Assembly (NCBI GenBank): GCA_015680685.1
Contig: MNCI01002249.1
Coordinates: 1-64,000, forward strand
Reading direction: 5' to 3'
Length of the DNA: 64,000 nt
Source of the DNA: Gnetum montanum
Lineage: Eukaryota; Plantae; Gnetophyta
The translations under genes and the position numbers were made by a program. The notes below the pieces were generated by a model. The model was not told the origin of the DNA. It did not search any database and saw nothing but the letters and a program-made list of their open reading frames with translations. This document shows, piece after piece, positions 11,577-24,117 of the stretch; position 1 is the stretch's first letter; every line of letters begins with the position of its first letter.

Positions 11577-13465
11577 TGTTGTGATTGAAAACGTTGGCGA
11601 CTAGAACACTGAGAGGACCACAGGCACATAGCCTAATCCTGTGTCCATGCAAGGGACTACTAGAGGTGGAGACAGTGTGCCTTGAACAATTTTGTTGACT
11701 GAATAGGGACTTATCAAATGTAACCAAGGTGTAGTGTGGTTAGTCGTGATGCTAATGCAAAACAATGCTAAGTGTTTGCATAGTGTTAACAGTGTCAATG
11801 GGGGTCAAGTGTAGTCAAATCTTTGGTGAAAAAACAAGGGTGCCAACATGCAAGGGCCATCACCCAAGCATAGTTTTAGGTACAACTATGTAATGAAGCA
11901 ATAAAAAATGTAAATAAAATGCTAAAAATGTAAGGAAAAGAGAGAGAGAGAAAAATAGAACACCACCCCAAATGGGGTTGAGCATAGTTAACACCAAGAG
12001 GGGTTATAAGGTATGCAATGTATAATAGGTGTAATGAATAGCATATTCATAGTCTTAGGGGTGTCTGGCCATGAAGACTAACACTCCACTATGGTGTCTA
12101 TGCCTACTAGGTCAACTACCATGATGTGCAGTGGACTATAGTGTCCTACTGTGCGCTAACTCTACCTCTCTCTGGTTTACTGGTGTGCCTTTGGATTTTT
12201 GTTTGCCTAAAATGCAAAAATGCTTAAACTTGCCAACCTGATCCAAATTTTTTCACCCCTAAAACATTCAAGGCAAGGGTATTTATAGAGCTAGGTTTAG
12301 TGTGAAATGCGGCATGGTCATCACGTGGTAGTGGGGACAATTGGGACTACACTCTCCACTAGGCTAGTGGGGTTAAGTGTGATTACAATTTTGCGCAAAA
12401 GAGTATGCAAGAGAGAGAAAGATTCCATCGACTATGCCCACCAGGGATGAGTTGATTACGTTGGTGTGCCATTGCTGTGCTATGGAGGCTGCCAAAGGCT
12501 ATTCTAGCTGACTACACTCTCCGTAGTGGGCTAAGTACACTCTAGGATAGTGGAGAGCGTAGTCCTGAGACTTAGAAAAATTTTACAAAAAACTTGCCTC
12601 CTACTAACTATGCTCTAGGTTGGGGGAGAGCATAGTATCAATGCTAGTGGAATTTGGACTTTTTGGTAGATTACGCTCCCCCATAGTAGGTTGACTATGC
12701 TTCCAACTAGAGGTGAGCATAGTACAAGACTTGCCAAAACTTGTGAAAAGCTAACTATTTTCTAACTACACTTTCCACTACAAGCTAACTAAGCTCTAGG
12801 GAAATGGAGAGTGTAGTCTCAACACTTAGAGAAAACTATAAAAAATTGGGTTTTTGTTGACTGCACTCTCCATGAGAGGTTGACTATGCTCAATGACAAT
12901 GAAGAGTATAATCCCAACACTTAGAAAAATTTGCTAAACATGGTCTTCATGTTGACTACACTTTGGGGTAGTAGACAGCCTAGCCCTAGCACTTAGAAAA
13001 AGTTGCAACAACAGGTTTGTGTTGACACTTAAAAAAATTGCAAACCTAGCCTTCGTGTTGACTATGCTCTCTACTAAGATGACTATGCTCTAGGGTAGTG
13101 AAGAGTGTAGTCCTAGCTCTTAGAAAAATTTGTAGTGACTAGCTTTGTGTTAACACTTAGAAAAAATTGCAAACCTGGCATTCATGTTGACTACGCTCTC
13201 TACTAAGTTGCCTACACTCTAGGGTAGTGAAGAGCATCATTGTAGCACTTAGAAAAATTTATAGCAACTAGCTTTGTGATGACACTTAGAAAAAATTATA
13301 AACCTGGCCTTCATGTTGACTATGTTCTCTACTGAGTTAACTATACTCTAGGGTAGTAGAGAGCATAGTCCTAACACTTAGAAAAATTTGCATAAAATGG
13401 CATTGTGCTAACACTTAGATAAATTTGTAGTTGAGATGCCATAGTCCAAATTTCATGGTGTTTTA
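11577..13465 (-). repeat. 3' LTR of C (~1.89 kb) with ~129-bp tandem subrepeats
   Basis: Homologous to 38967-40863; repeated ACACTTAGAAAAA..GTTGACTATGCTCTCTACT..GAGAGCATAGTC units at ~12900-13420. Confidence 0.9.
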
Positions 13466-13815
13466 TTGATCATTCTTTCTTCACATCTAGAGGAATGACC
13501 CAAGAGATATCAATAAAGAATGACAAAACACTACACCATGTCTGGCACTAACACAGCTCTTCAATACATTATCAGATGTCATTACACTATGCTCAAGAGT
13601 GTTGTGGATAGTGATGTGCTAGCAGTAACATGTGTAGGTAATGTGCTAGGGATAAAAGAAAGAGGAGAGATAAGGTGCAAATAGGGTATCATGATGTAGG
13701 ATGTGGAGTCATCATGGCTAATGATGACCATGGCACTAGGGTGGCTTGCCCCTAAAAACATTAACCTCTCATCAAAATGCTCATGAGAGAGTCAATGTGG
13801 ATTCAAGGCTAAGCA

Positions 13816-15512
13816 TGAAACACCACCGATTTTTGGCTACAACTTCTCTATTGAAAATTTGTCTAAGTGTCAACACAAGGTAGATTTTTTCTAAGTGCTA
13901 AGACTACACTCTCCATTTTCCTAGAGTGTAGTCAACCAATGGAAAGCGTAGTTAGCTCCAAAAACTAATTGTTTTTGTAATTTTTCCTAAGTGTCATCAT
14001 GAACTAAGAAGTTGTAAAATTTTCTAAGTGTTTGGACTATGCTCTCCAGTGTAGTTAGCTCAATAGAGAGAATATTCAACATGAAAGGCTAGTTTTGCAA
14101 AACTTTCTAAGTGTTAAGCTAGTAGCTACAAATTTTTCCAAGTGTTTTAGACTATGCTCTCCACTACCTTGGAGCGTAGTTAGCATAGTTAGCATGGAAG
14201 ACCTAGTTTGGTAGAAATTTTTCTAAGTGTTGAGACTACGCTCTCCACTAAACTGGAGCATAGTCAAGCATATTCAAATAGAAGCCAAATTTTGCAAAAA
14301 TTTTCTTCTAAGTGTTGGGACTATGCTTAACCCTAGTTGGGAGTGTAGTCGACCTACTATGGAGAGCATAGTTAGCACATAGCCATTTTCTACAAAATTT
14401 TTCTAAGTGTTCTAACTACTATCTCCCTCAGTCCAAATGTAGTCGAACATAGTTAGCTAGAATAGCCTCTAAGAGCCTTCACAATGCTGCATTGGCATTC
14501 AGCTTAGCTCTAACATACCTCCATCAAGCATACCCCTTTTTCTCCCAAAATTATAACTACACTTGATCCTACTCGAGATAGTGGATAACATAGTTCCAAA
14601 CCATAGTCTCCAAAGTTGCATTTTTTAAGGTACATTATAGTCTTTTTGGCACATGCATAGGCAATCGGTAGTGTACTCATAATTTTGTAGTGTCATAGGG
14701 TCCATCAGAGCAAAGTAGAACATAACACCCCTTGCCTTATTGGAGAGTGTAGTTAGATGTAGTGTAGTCCCAACCATCCCACTACCATGTGGTACCCAAT
14801 CTGCATTTCACGCTAATCCTAGGCCTATAAATATCCTAGCCCTTGACATTGTAGGGGTTGTCAAAATTTGAAGGAGATTGGAAAATTTGAAAGTTTGCAT
14901 TTGTAGCACCTAGCATTGTTGAAACACATTTGACATTTTTGGCAAGGCAAGGCATTTTCACACCACTGTAGCTCACCATAGGACATCGTAGACCACCACA
15001 GTCCACTACACGCCATGGTAGCCAACCTAATAGGCACAGACATCATGGTAGAATGTCAGTCTTTGCAGCCAGGGACCCTAAGACTATGATATGCTATTCA
15101 CTGCACCTAATGTACATTGCATACCTTCTCACCCCTTTTGAAGTTAACCATGCTCAACCCCATTTAGGATGGTATCACTTTCTCTCTCGCTCTCTCCCTA
15201 AGAATTTTTTGGAATTTTTACTTGTATTTTGGAATTTTATTTGTATTTTCAATTATTTTCATGCATTGCCACATATTGACACCTTCATTTTGCATTGAAA
15301 ACCTTGGCTATGCTCATCCCAATTAACACCATGAACACTGCTCAACACTTAGCATCTTTTGGCATTGCATTTGGTAAGTTCCCATTCAATTAACAAGATC
15401 ATTCTGGACAACCCATCTCCACCTCCAATAGGCCCTCACGTGGATACAAGTTTAGAACTATGCACCCGTAGACCCCTTAGCATTCTAGCCATTGACGTTT
15501 TTGGTCATTACA
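13816..15512 (+). repeat. 5' LTR of D (~1.7 kb)
   Basis: Homologous to 30893-32572 and, inverted, to C's LTRs; TATA-like GCCTATAAAT ~14823. Confidence 0.9.
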
Positions 15513-15518
15513 ATTTTT

Positions 15519-15535
15519 TGGTACTAGAAGGAGGG
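15519..15535 (+). promoter_or_regulatory. PBS of D (tRNA-Asn type)
   Basis: TGGTACTAGAAGGAGGG ~ TGGCGCTAGAAGGAGGG, complementary to the plant tRNA-Asn 3' end as I recall it (CCCTCCTTCTAGCG-CCA). Confidence 0.8.
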
Positions 15536-16080
15536 CCAAGCTCTTTTTCTCTTTCAAACTTCATTAGTCATTCTCTTGCATGCTTTTTGCAACACCGTTA
15601 CTAGCTCTAGGCTAGTTTAGACCCCAACACCCCTATGGACCTACCACATGTAGTAGTAGCTAGATCTTAGGCTAGCACAGGCATTGTCTACCAATTGGTT
15701 AGTGTAAACTTGACCCCATTGTTGATTCCCCTGGAACCTTGCATAGTAACCTCAAAGTATCCATTCCTACACTTAGTTAAATTCTAGGCATTCTCAATAG
15801 AAAGCATAGTTAGATCTTAGTGTAGAGAGCATAGTTGGCTCTTAGCATAGAGAGCATAGTTTCCAAAGTTAATTATTTTCTCATAGTTTCCAACGTTAGC
15901 TATTTTTTCTATAGTTTTCAGACTTAGCCATTTTTTTGCAATCTTCAAACTTAGCCATTTTTCTACAATTTTAGAACTTAGTTTTTTCTTCTACAACTTT
16001 TCATCAACACCATGAATTCTAAACAACATGTGGCATTCGTTCCAAGCACACTTGTTGTCCTAACCACATAACAAGAAAAC

Positions 16081-19000
16081 ATGATTGACTACCCTACCAA
16101 TCCTACCATGTTAGAACCAAGGAATTTCCTAAGGCTACATAACCAAGAACCCAAGTATACTACATTGAATGATGAATAGTACAACTTCATCTATGCAGGT
16201 CTATTCATAGACCGCTTCAATATGGAAGTGAAGCAAGGTTATGAGCTCATCCACCAAAACAAATAGGAGTACGTCCCTTTCTCTGTTGACTTCATCCCAC
16301 TTAACAAACCCTACTAGTGGATCCTAGCCTAACTCATCTAAAAAAATGGGTGTGAAGTAGGAACAAACTATAAGGAACCTCTATAAGGAGAGGAGGACGA
16401 GTTTGAGGCTTGTTCCAAGCATGAGAACTCTTTTCACACCTCCTTCCAATGAACAACCCCTAGTCTAGTCCTCCTACAATCCTATGCATCCATTTTTCTT
16501 AAAACAATTATAGCCCTAGAATCACCCTCTAGGTCAATGCCTATGGTGATGACCCACCAAATGCAGTACACACATCAAGATGTAGTACCTCCAATTAACT
16601 TGCCCTTTTTAGTATCATTGCAACCTACCCAGTCTTCCCAACTAATAGTAATCATGCCCACATAGCCCTATGTTCACACTATGCATCCTTCCCAATCCCA
16701 AATGACTTAAGCATCTTACATCCTACCTATTTCATCTACACCTTCAGTAGTGGCCCAACCCATGCACATGTGTCTTGCTTTTGTCACTCTACCCATAGCA
16801 CAGCCAACACAATAAGCATCTCACATGGTCCCACAATCTACAGCTAGGTCATGGGCCATGCAACCAACATAGTCATTAGCACAAACAACGTAGCCCACTG
16901 CTACATCCTAAGCCTTAGATCAGGCATCCTAGCAAATCCAAACCTTAACAAAAGAGGTGAAGTGGCTCAAGGCCACCTCCTTCAAAATAGTGCATGTGGT
17001 GGACTTCTACTAGGAATGATCCCATAAGTCCTGCTATTCCATCTCTGACTCTTCCAACAAGGATCCCATTACCCCACTTCACCAAGTACAATGGGGAAGA
17101 AGATCCTAATGCCCACATGGTAACCTTTCAGTCTAAGTACCTATTACTACAAGCATGGCCACATGCCATCATATGTCTCATCGCCATGTCACTCACAAGT
17201 AAGGCACTCGATTAGTACTAGGCATTACCTATGGCTTCTATCTCCTCTTTGGAGGATCTATTGAGTTAGTTCATCACATGCTTCAATTACAACTTCAAGC
17301 CAAAAACCACCCTTGACTAGATCATGCAAATTAAGAAGGGAAATCTAGAGCCCATGAAGAAATTTATTCAACACTAGAGTGTGTCACTAAATAAAATTTG
17401 TGAGCCTATAATAGAAACACACCTTCTAACCATCTTTAAGGGTGCATTTAATTACTTTATCAAGATAAAACTATACTACTTGGCTCTGCAGCCTCTAAGC
17501 CAAGCCTTTGCCCAAACTAAAAGCATACAAGATGTGACAAAAGCTAGGAAGGACCTGACCTACATGGCCTACAAGAACTTATATGCCAAGAAGGATAAGG
17601 GCAAAGGGAAAAAAACTACAACCATGGTAACTATGGCCAACAAGGACAAAATTACTAATCTAAAGCCAACAACCAATCCACCTAAGGCCTTAACCAACAA
17701 CAAAACCACCAGCTCTAGTGCAACAACCAACTAGCCTACATCATTGGTGACAACAATGCACAGAGCTTCAATGCCCAACTTTGAGTGCAAGAACTACTCA
17801 AAGTATACCCCATTGCCCATTAAACCTTTGAAACTGCTAGACCAACTACTAAAGGTTGGACATATCCAATACAAGTAGATGTCCAAGGATGCTCACAAGA
17901 GACATGATAGATATTATGAGATTCTAAGGGACTCCAGCTCGATAGCCCCAAATGAGCCCATAGTGTCAAAACACTTTAGGCTGGATAGGTTTTGTCACTA
18001 TTACTAGTTGCCTGGGCATAACACTGACTTTTGCATGGCCTTGCAAGATGACCTATAATAAATAATTGATAAAGGTGAGTTGGTGCTCGATGCTACCAAC
18101 CTAGTGAGGCCTCAAAACTAATCCATGAGGGTATATAAGGATCCTTTGAACATGAATGATGCAAGGTACATCATCAATGCCATTAGCATTGATGATAACC
18201 CAAAACTAGTGTAGCAACCATTTGTGATCTATGTGCCCTCTGGTAGCATAGGGGCCCCCTCAACCTCCATGAGCTCGAGGCCCCTTTTCATCATCAAAGT
18301 GCCATCTCAAGCACCCACAATTCCCTTCATGGTTAGGGTCCCACAGCATGTTGTAGTAGCAATATTTTAGCCACCCTTTGTCATAAGGGTTTCCCAACAT
18401 GTTGACCTTGCATCTACCCAAATTTTGGTAGTGTGTAATGCGTCAATCCCTTCTTGCCTAATAGCAAATCTTGTTGGCAACACCAACAGACCATCTAGGT
18501 GGTAACCCTAAAGGCCTAATGACTATCTAGCTGATAGGATGATTAGACAACATCAAGAGAAAAAGGCATTAGGTCCACCAAATCTAGTACCCCTATATGT
18601 AGTTTCCATGGCCGAAATAATCAAAAAGGCCATCACTAGCAAGTTGTAACCAGGCACTGAGGCCTCCAAATAGGCCAAACAAGCCAATCCCAAGTCTCCT
18701 CTATGAGAGATCTATCTCTTAGGATGTATGAAAGAGGTTAAGGCCAAAAAAATGATAGACAATGGTAAGGACTTCCTAGATGCATTAGCCTAACTCAAGC
18801 AAGCACTAAAGCAAAAGAACATAATGCTAAGCTTGTATGACCTAATTATTACCTTCTTTTCCCATCGTGAGACACTAGTCTAGATGTTGACCTCCATTCC
18901 TGACATAGAGGACATCCTAACATATGAGCATTCTATCCATGTTGTGATGTTGCCTCCTGCACTACGAGAATTGAGTTCAACATTCCTTACATTTTATGAT

Positions 19001-19685
19001 GAGGCAATCCAAGTTGACCCTGAGAAGGGTTAGTTCATAATAGCATCCATGTTTATCACAATACATGTTTGGTAGTGCAAGATTAGAAGGATGCACATTA
19101 ATGACAAGGTGGTAACAAATAACATCCCATACACTATCGTTGATAAGCTAGGTCTCATGGACCAGATCAAACCAACAAAGACCACACGCCTAAAGTCCTT
19201 TAGTGGGTCACACATTGTTGTCAAGGGAACTATCACAATAGCTTTTATGGTAGGGAAAAAATTCCCTACTACTGTTACATTTATCATTGTAGAAAAAAAT
19301 GTCAAGCTTTAACCTAATATTGGGTAGGCCTTAGTTGGCCTAATTATGGGCCATCTCCTCTCCCATTCACCAAGAAATCCACCTTCCATATGAAGTTGGT
19401 GAGGTCATTATCCATGGTGACAACATAGCCCTTCTAGCCATTAACAACATAGACACAGAGCAAGGGTCAAAGGTGGAGTTCCCTACTAACATGTCCATAG
19501 TAAAGGACGAGCATGAAATGCATGAGCCTAACCAACTTAAGCAAAGAAAGGGAGCCAATGACCTCCTGGAGGATGCTTTATGGATAGAATTTCCCTTTGA
19601 CATAGCAAATGAAGATCAAGGGGAATACCACATAGTACCATCTAGGCCCTACATGCCTCCTAACCCACATCAAGATAGCAAGTAA
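16081..19685 (+). pseudogene. gag-protease pseudogene of D
   Basis: Retrotransposon-gag motif LPHFTKYNGEEDPNAH (~17050); Zn knuckle FCHYY*LPGHNTDFC (~17990-18034); retropepsin-like region ~19030-19400 (HINDKVVTNNIP...LKSFSG...FNLILGRP). Confidence 0.85.
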
Positions 19686-20490
19686 TTGTGTGACTAAAGT
19701 ATCTCCTTAGTCCAACATGCACTAGGTCCCTACCTTCCCTTTTCTTTTACATTTATCTATGCATTTAACCTTGTTGTTACGTTTTATTTGTCTACGCATT
19801 TACATTTACCTTTATTGCTTAGATTACACATTTTCCACTTTGTTTACACATTTATTTACTTTGTTTATGCATTCTGCTTAACTTACACATTTACTAATTT
19901 TGTTTACCCTTTAGCAATCCTTAGCTTAACACATAAAACATCAAAATACAAAAAAAATTATAAAAACTAAAATTACAAAAAATAAGAGATCATAATACAT
20001 GGTCCACTATGACCTTAAACTGGTAATGTGTGGCCTGCCATGGCCTTAAGCTAGCAACGTGTAGCCTGCCATGGCCCTAAACTAGCAATGCATGTTCTGC
20101 AATGACCTTAAAATCTCAATGTTAATTCTTCCACTATGGCTTGAAATGACCCTAAACTAGCAATATACACAGCATGAAATGGCCTTAAATTTTCATTGAT
20201 CCTCATGTTATGGCCTTAAACTAGCATGGGGCTCACAATGTCCTAGTTACATTATCACCACATAATCCTAGCTTAGTCCATTAATTCATCACATTACAAG
20301 CATAGCAAGTTCATAGCAAGTGCATAGCAAATAAAACATAATAAAAAAGAAAAGGGTTTACACATTACACATCACACATATAGTGAAACACATGCATTAG
20401 GTATCGCATGAATAGTAGTACATAGCATGAGTAGAAAAATACAACAAAAATAGCAAAGCCACTCTATAGCAAGGATACATTAGGTCATGT

Positions 20491-23400
20491 TCAACTAGAA
20501 GCACTAGGAGGAGGTGTAGGTTCATCTTCCCTCACTATTTCATTGGGGCCCGCAACATCTCCTGGTACTTGCTGCCAAAACCACAGCAAAAATGAGTAAT
20601 TAGTAAGCAACCCTATAATACACAAGCTAACCCAAAACATGAAAAATCATAAAAATTAACAACTAACCTAAGAAGGTCCTACATTAATGTCTTCTAGAGG
20701 TAACTTTTCAAGGCCAACCTTCAAGCGTCGGAGAATCTCAGCCTTAGAAAGTTAAGTCCAATCCTGTTGGCCAAAGTGAATTCCTGCAAGGGTCTTGTCT
20801 TTGCCCATGGTAATCCATGCAAGTGGCTTCATGGAAAAGGTAGCAAAGAAAGCCTCTCTTGAAGGGGTGATGATCTATCACTCTAGAGAGCCACTCACCA
20901 TTGTATGTCATGTGAACAACTCATAAGCCTACCTCCCATCAATCATCTCAACAAACATCTTAAGGTTGACAGACTCCTCCTTATACCATCAAGGTCCATC
21001 TACAACCACTACTCTATCACCTCCTAGGTGGCCTCATTCTTACCTTTGATAGCTAACCAATATCAAACATATTCTATCTTAGAGGTTCACTAGGTGCTAT
21101 CTCCCTATGACCTAGTCACTAGAAAGTCATATCTAGATTGAAGATCTTCAATCTTCATGTCTTGGCTAGTCACTTTCTCTTGAACCTCATGCATGCATTT
21201 CCATAGGTGCTTATTCAAGCACTTTTAGACCCATCATGATTTTTCCCAAGAAAGCATACACTAGCTCACAATCTCATACATGCAACAAGACACCTGATCC
21301 ACTTTAGGAAGGAGGTTAAGAAGGGCATCAACGTTGGCCACCCTACTCAAATCCCACTAAAGCTTAGAATCTATTGGCATGCAACAATTCAGTAATCTTA
21401 CCCAAGAATTAAGCATTCAATCGATAAAGCAACACTAAGCAAAGAAATATAGTAAACATACTGAGTTCAGGATCCACCTATTGCAAATAGTCCACCATGT
21501 CCTCCACAATGCCTTCCATGAAGGAAAATTTCTTGGGCATGTCTACCCATGGCTGCATGTGGTATGTATGGGTGGGATCATTGGCAAGGACATCTAAGGT
21601 TACAACATAATGATCCAATTAGCATACAATCAAATAGCTAAAGATGTTATATTGAGCAAGCAATGATAGATGGCAATACATAAGGTATTCACCTAACAAG
21701 CCCTCAATCATGAGTGCAAGGGGGTCACCTAGCTATACACCATCAAATAAGCAATCAAAATCACCCCCATCAGGGTGGAGAAACCCCTCCTCCTCTAACT
21801 ATTGGAGGATCTCTATTGCCTCAAGCAACTCATCTCTATGAGCCTCCCCCTCCCTAGCTTGAGGATGCGCTCCTTCTGCTACTGTCCCAACCGCTGCTCT
21901 GGTAGTCCTCTCTTTGGTCTCTACAATCAATGCATACACATAGCACATTAGTACTAATTAATAGCATATCATAAATGAAAACATAAAATATAAACAAATT
22001 TTAATACAATAAATTCATCTAACAAGTTACACATACTAACTTGCAATCTCTATGTGCAAAATTTGGAACTTGATACAGATCTTCTTGTTGCTCAATCTTT
22101 CAACCTCATAGGTAGTCTCCTCCATGGGACATGGCCTCTTAATCTTTCCCTTATATGGTCCCACCATCTCTGCAATGTATCAATCTACCTTGTTCACATC
22201 CCTGATGCTAATCAAAGGACCCTTGTTTGTGCTATCACATGAGTAATGTGATCACCCCACAGGACCTTTAGTTGTTGTAGACAACAACTCATCGATCTTC
22301 TCTAGGGGGTCTTGTGCCTATGTGGTCATAAAAAAGTGTTTGATCCATGGTTTGGATAGCTACTCATAGTCCTACGTCATCCAACATCCATAATCACACA
22401 TGACCAAGAGCTCTATGAACCTTCATAGGTACCCTACAAAGAATGTGAAGTGAACATGGGATCTCACTTGGATGTTAAACTACAGCCTAGAGATCTCTAC
22501 ATGAAAGCCTATCACAATATAGGTAACCTAGTTAAACCTTGTGCCCTCTAGTAGCACCTCTTTCATCACTTGTGTCTACTCCACCCCAAGGATCTTCCCT
22601 TCGGAGAGCAATTCTAGGAATGCACGAGTGCAAAAATGAGGGTAGAGCTCCTATACCTCAATCATAAGCACATCCTTAATTGGTATGTCCTTCTGAGATC
22701 GGGTGGCTTCCAACCAATCCTCAATCTCCCCTCTACATTCCACCTTCCTACTGGCCTTATCAACAATCAACAAGCCATCAGTGGGAAGGTCAAAGAAGTC
22801 AACAAAGAAGGCCTTGTTGAGATTAAGCACTACCTTCACACCATGCACTTGAGTGATGAACTGTTAGACTTCACTGCTAAAGGAGTTAATGATGGTGACC
22901 ATTTTAGCCACCAGAATACTCAGGATAAGGGTCAAAAATAGGTCCATCAACCCTACATGCATGATCCTAGTAGTCAATGCATCTAAGGCCTTATGGCATA
23001 GCCAATGCTATGCAGCCTCCACATTGCCATACTTCATGATGAGGGTGGCCTCTATGTGGCTTGTGGTGATCAACGTCACCTCACATAAAGCAACTACCCT
23101 TGCAACAAAGGAAAAACAAAATTAGTATCATGCAAAGGTAAACTAATAGGCATACGTGAGCAAGCACATGAAGTAAATCTTAGATGCATACATGGGAAAA
23201 ATGGGGTACGAGATAGGGGTGATGCTACCAGCATCTCCTCAATGTTAATCACACCAATGGTCCACTCCTCATCCAACTAGTTGTGGGTCCTACATTTCCT
23301 GTATGCCTTTGGGTATTGATTAGGATAAACCTCAAAATCAAATCCCACCCACTCAAACACAACTACCTGAACATTCAAGCTAGAGGAGAATACATCCAAG

Positions 23401-24117
23401 GCTGTGCGGGTCAAGGCTAGAGCATCCACCTCATTATGTAGGCCCTCCTCATCAACTTTGAACCTAGCATCAAACATGAGCCATCATCAAGATAGCATAA
23501 GTAGTAAAAACATACTATGAAAACTACAAAAATGCTTACTCACCAACACAGTAGATAGTTCCAGGTGGGTTTTGGAACAAGGTGTGCACTTATAGCGTAA
23601 TGAAGAGGGTGTTGCTCTTATTGTAGCAACTGAACCCTGTTATGTGTCATATCCTAGATAGGCACTAAGTGCTCCTAGGACCTCTACATGAATCGACCCT
23701 TGCCACCCCCCCCACAATCACCACTAGTAGTAGGCTCATTTGAGATGAACCTTAAGATGTTCTAGTTAGCCCTGGGCAATAATGTCTTGGTGATGGCACT
23801 AGCAACCTCCACCATTAAGTGTGACCACATGATCACACTAAATTGCTACAGTAGGTACTCAAGGAACTCACAAGCCCACTCACATATTTGGCATAGGCAT
23901 GTTAGGAATAAGCTCACTCATGTAGCACCCTACAAGCTCCACGATGATCCATACAGGCTTTAATAGCACCCTCAAACCAACAAGCAATGAACGAAGTGTT
24001 AGTATATACACATAGATGCAAATTTTGACAAAACATTTTTTCTAATTTTGGTAATGTGCTCTAGGGTCCCACAGGTATAGGATGTCAACCAACTTATTTG
24101 ACATGTTTGGTACTCAC
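20491..24117 (-). pseudogene. Antisense multi-exon extra gene inside D (~965 codons; PMD/plant-transposon-protein-like), decayed
   Basis: Exons 23544-23970, 23192-23463, 22041-23099, 21693-21920, 21462-21593, 20668-21370, 20491-20571. Intervening AT-rich 80-147 nt segments have GT donors and AG acceptors (one acceptor mutated). Reading frame joins across introns; internal stops are TAG/TAA/TGA of the kind produced by single transitions. Confidence 0.8.

Noticed and set aside
12900-13420. Repeat-spacer pattern resembling a CRISPR array (also 40200-40800 and 921-1042)
   Set aside because: Eukaryotic LTR subrepeats; the 'spacers' are themselves repeated and there are no cas genes.
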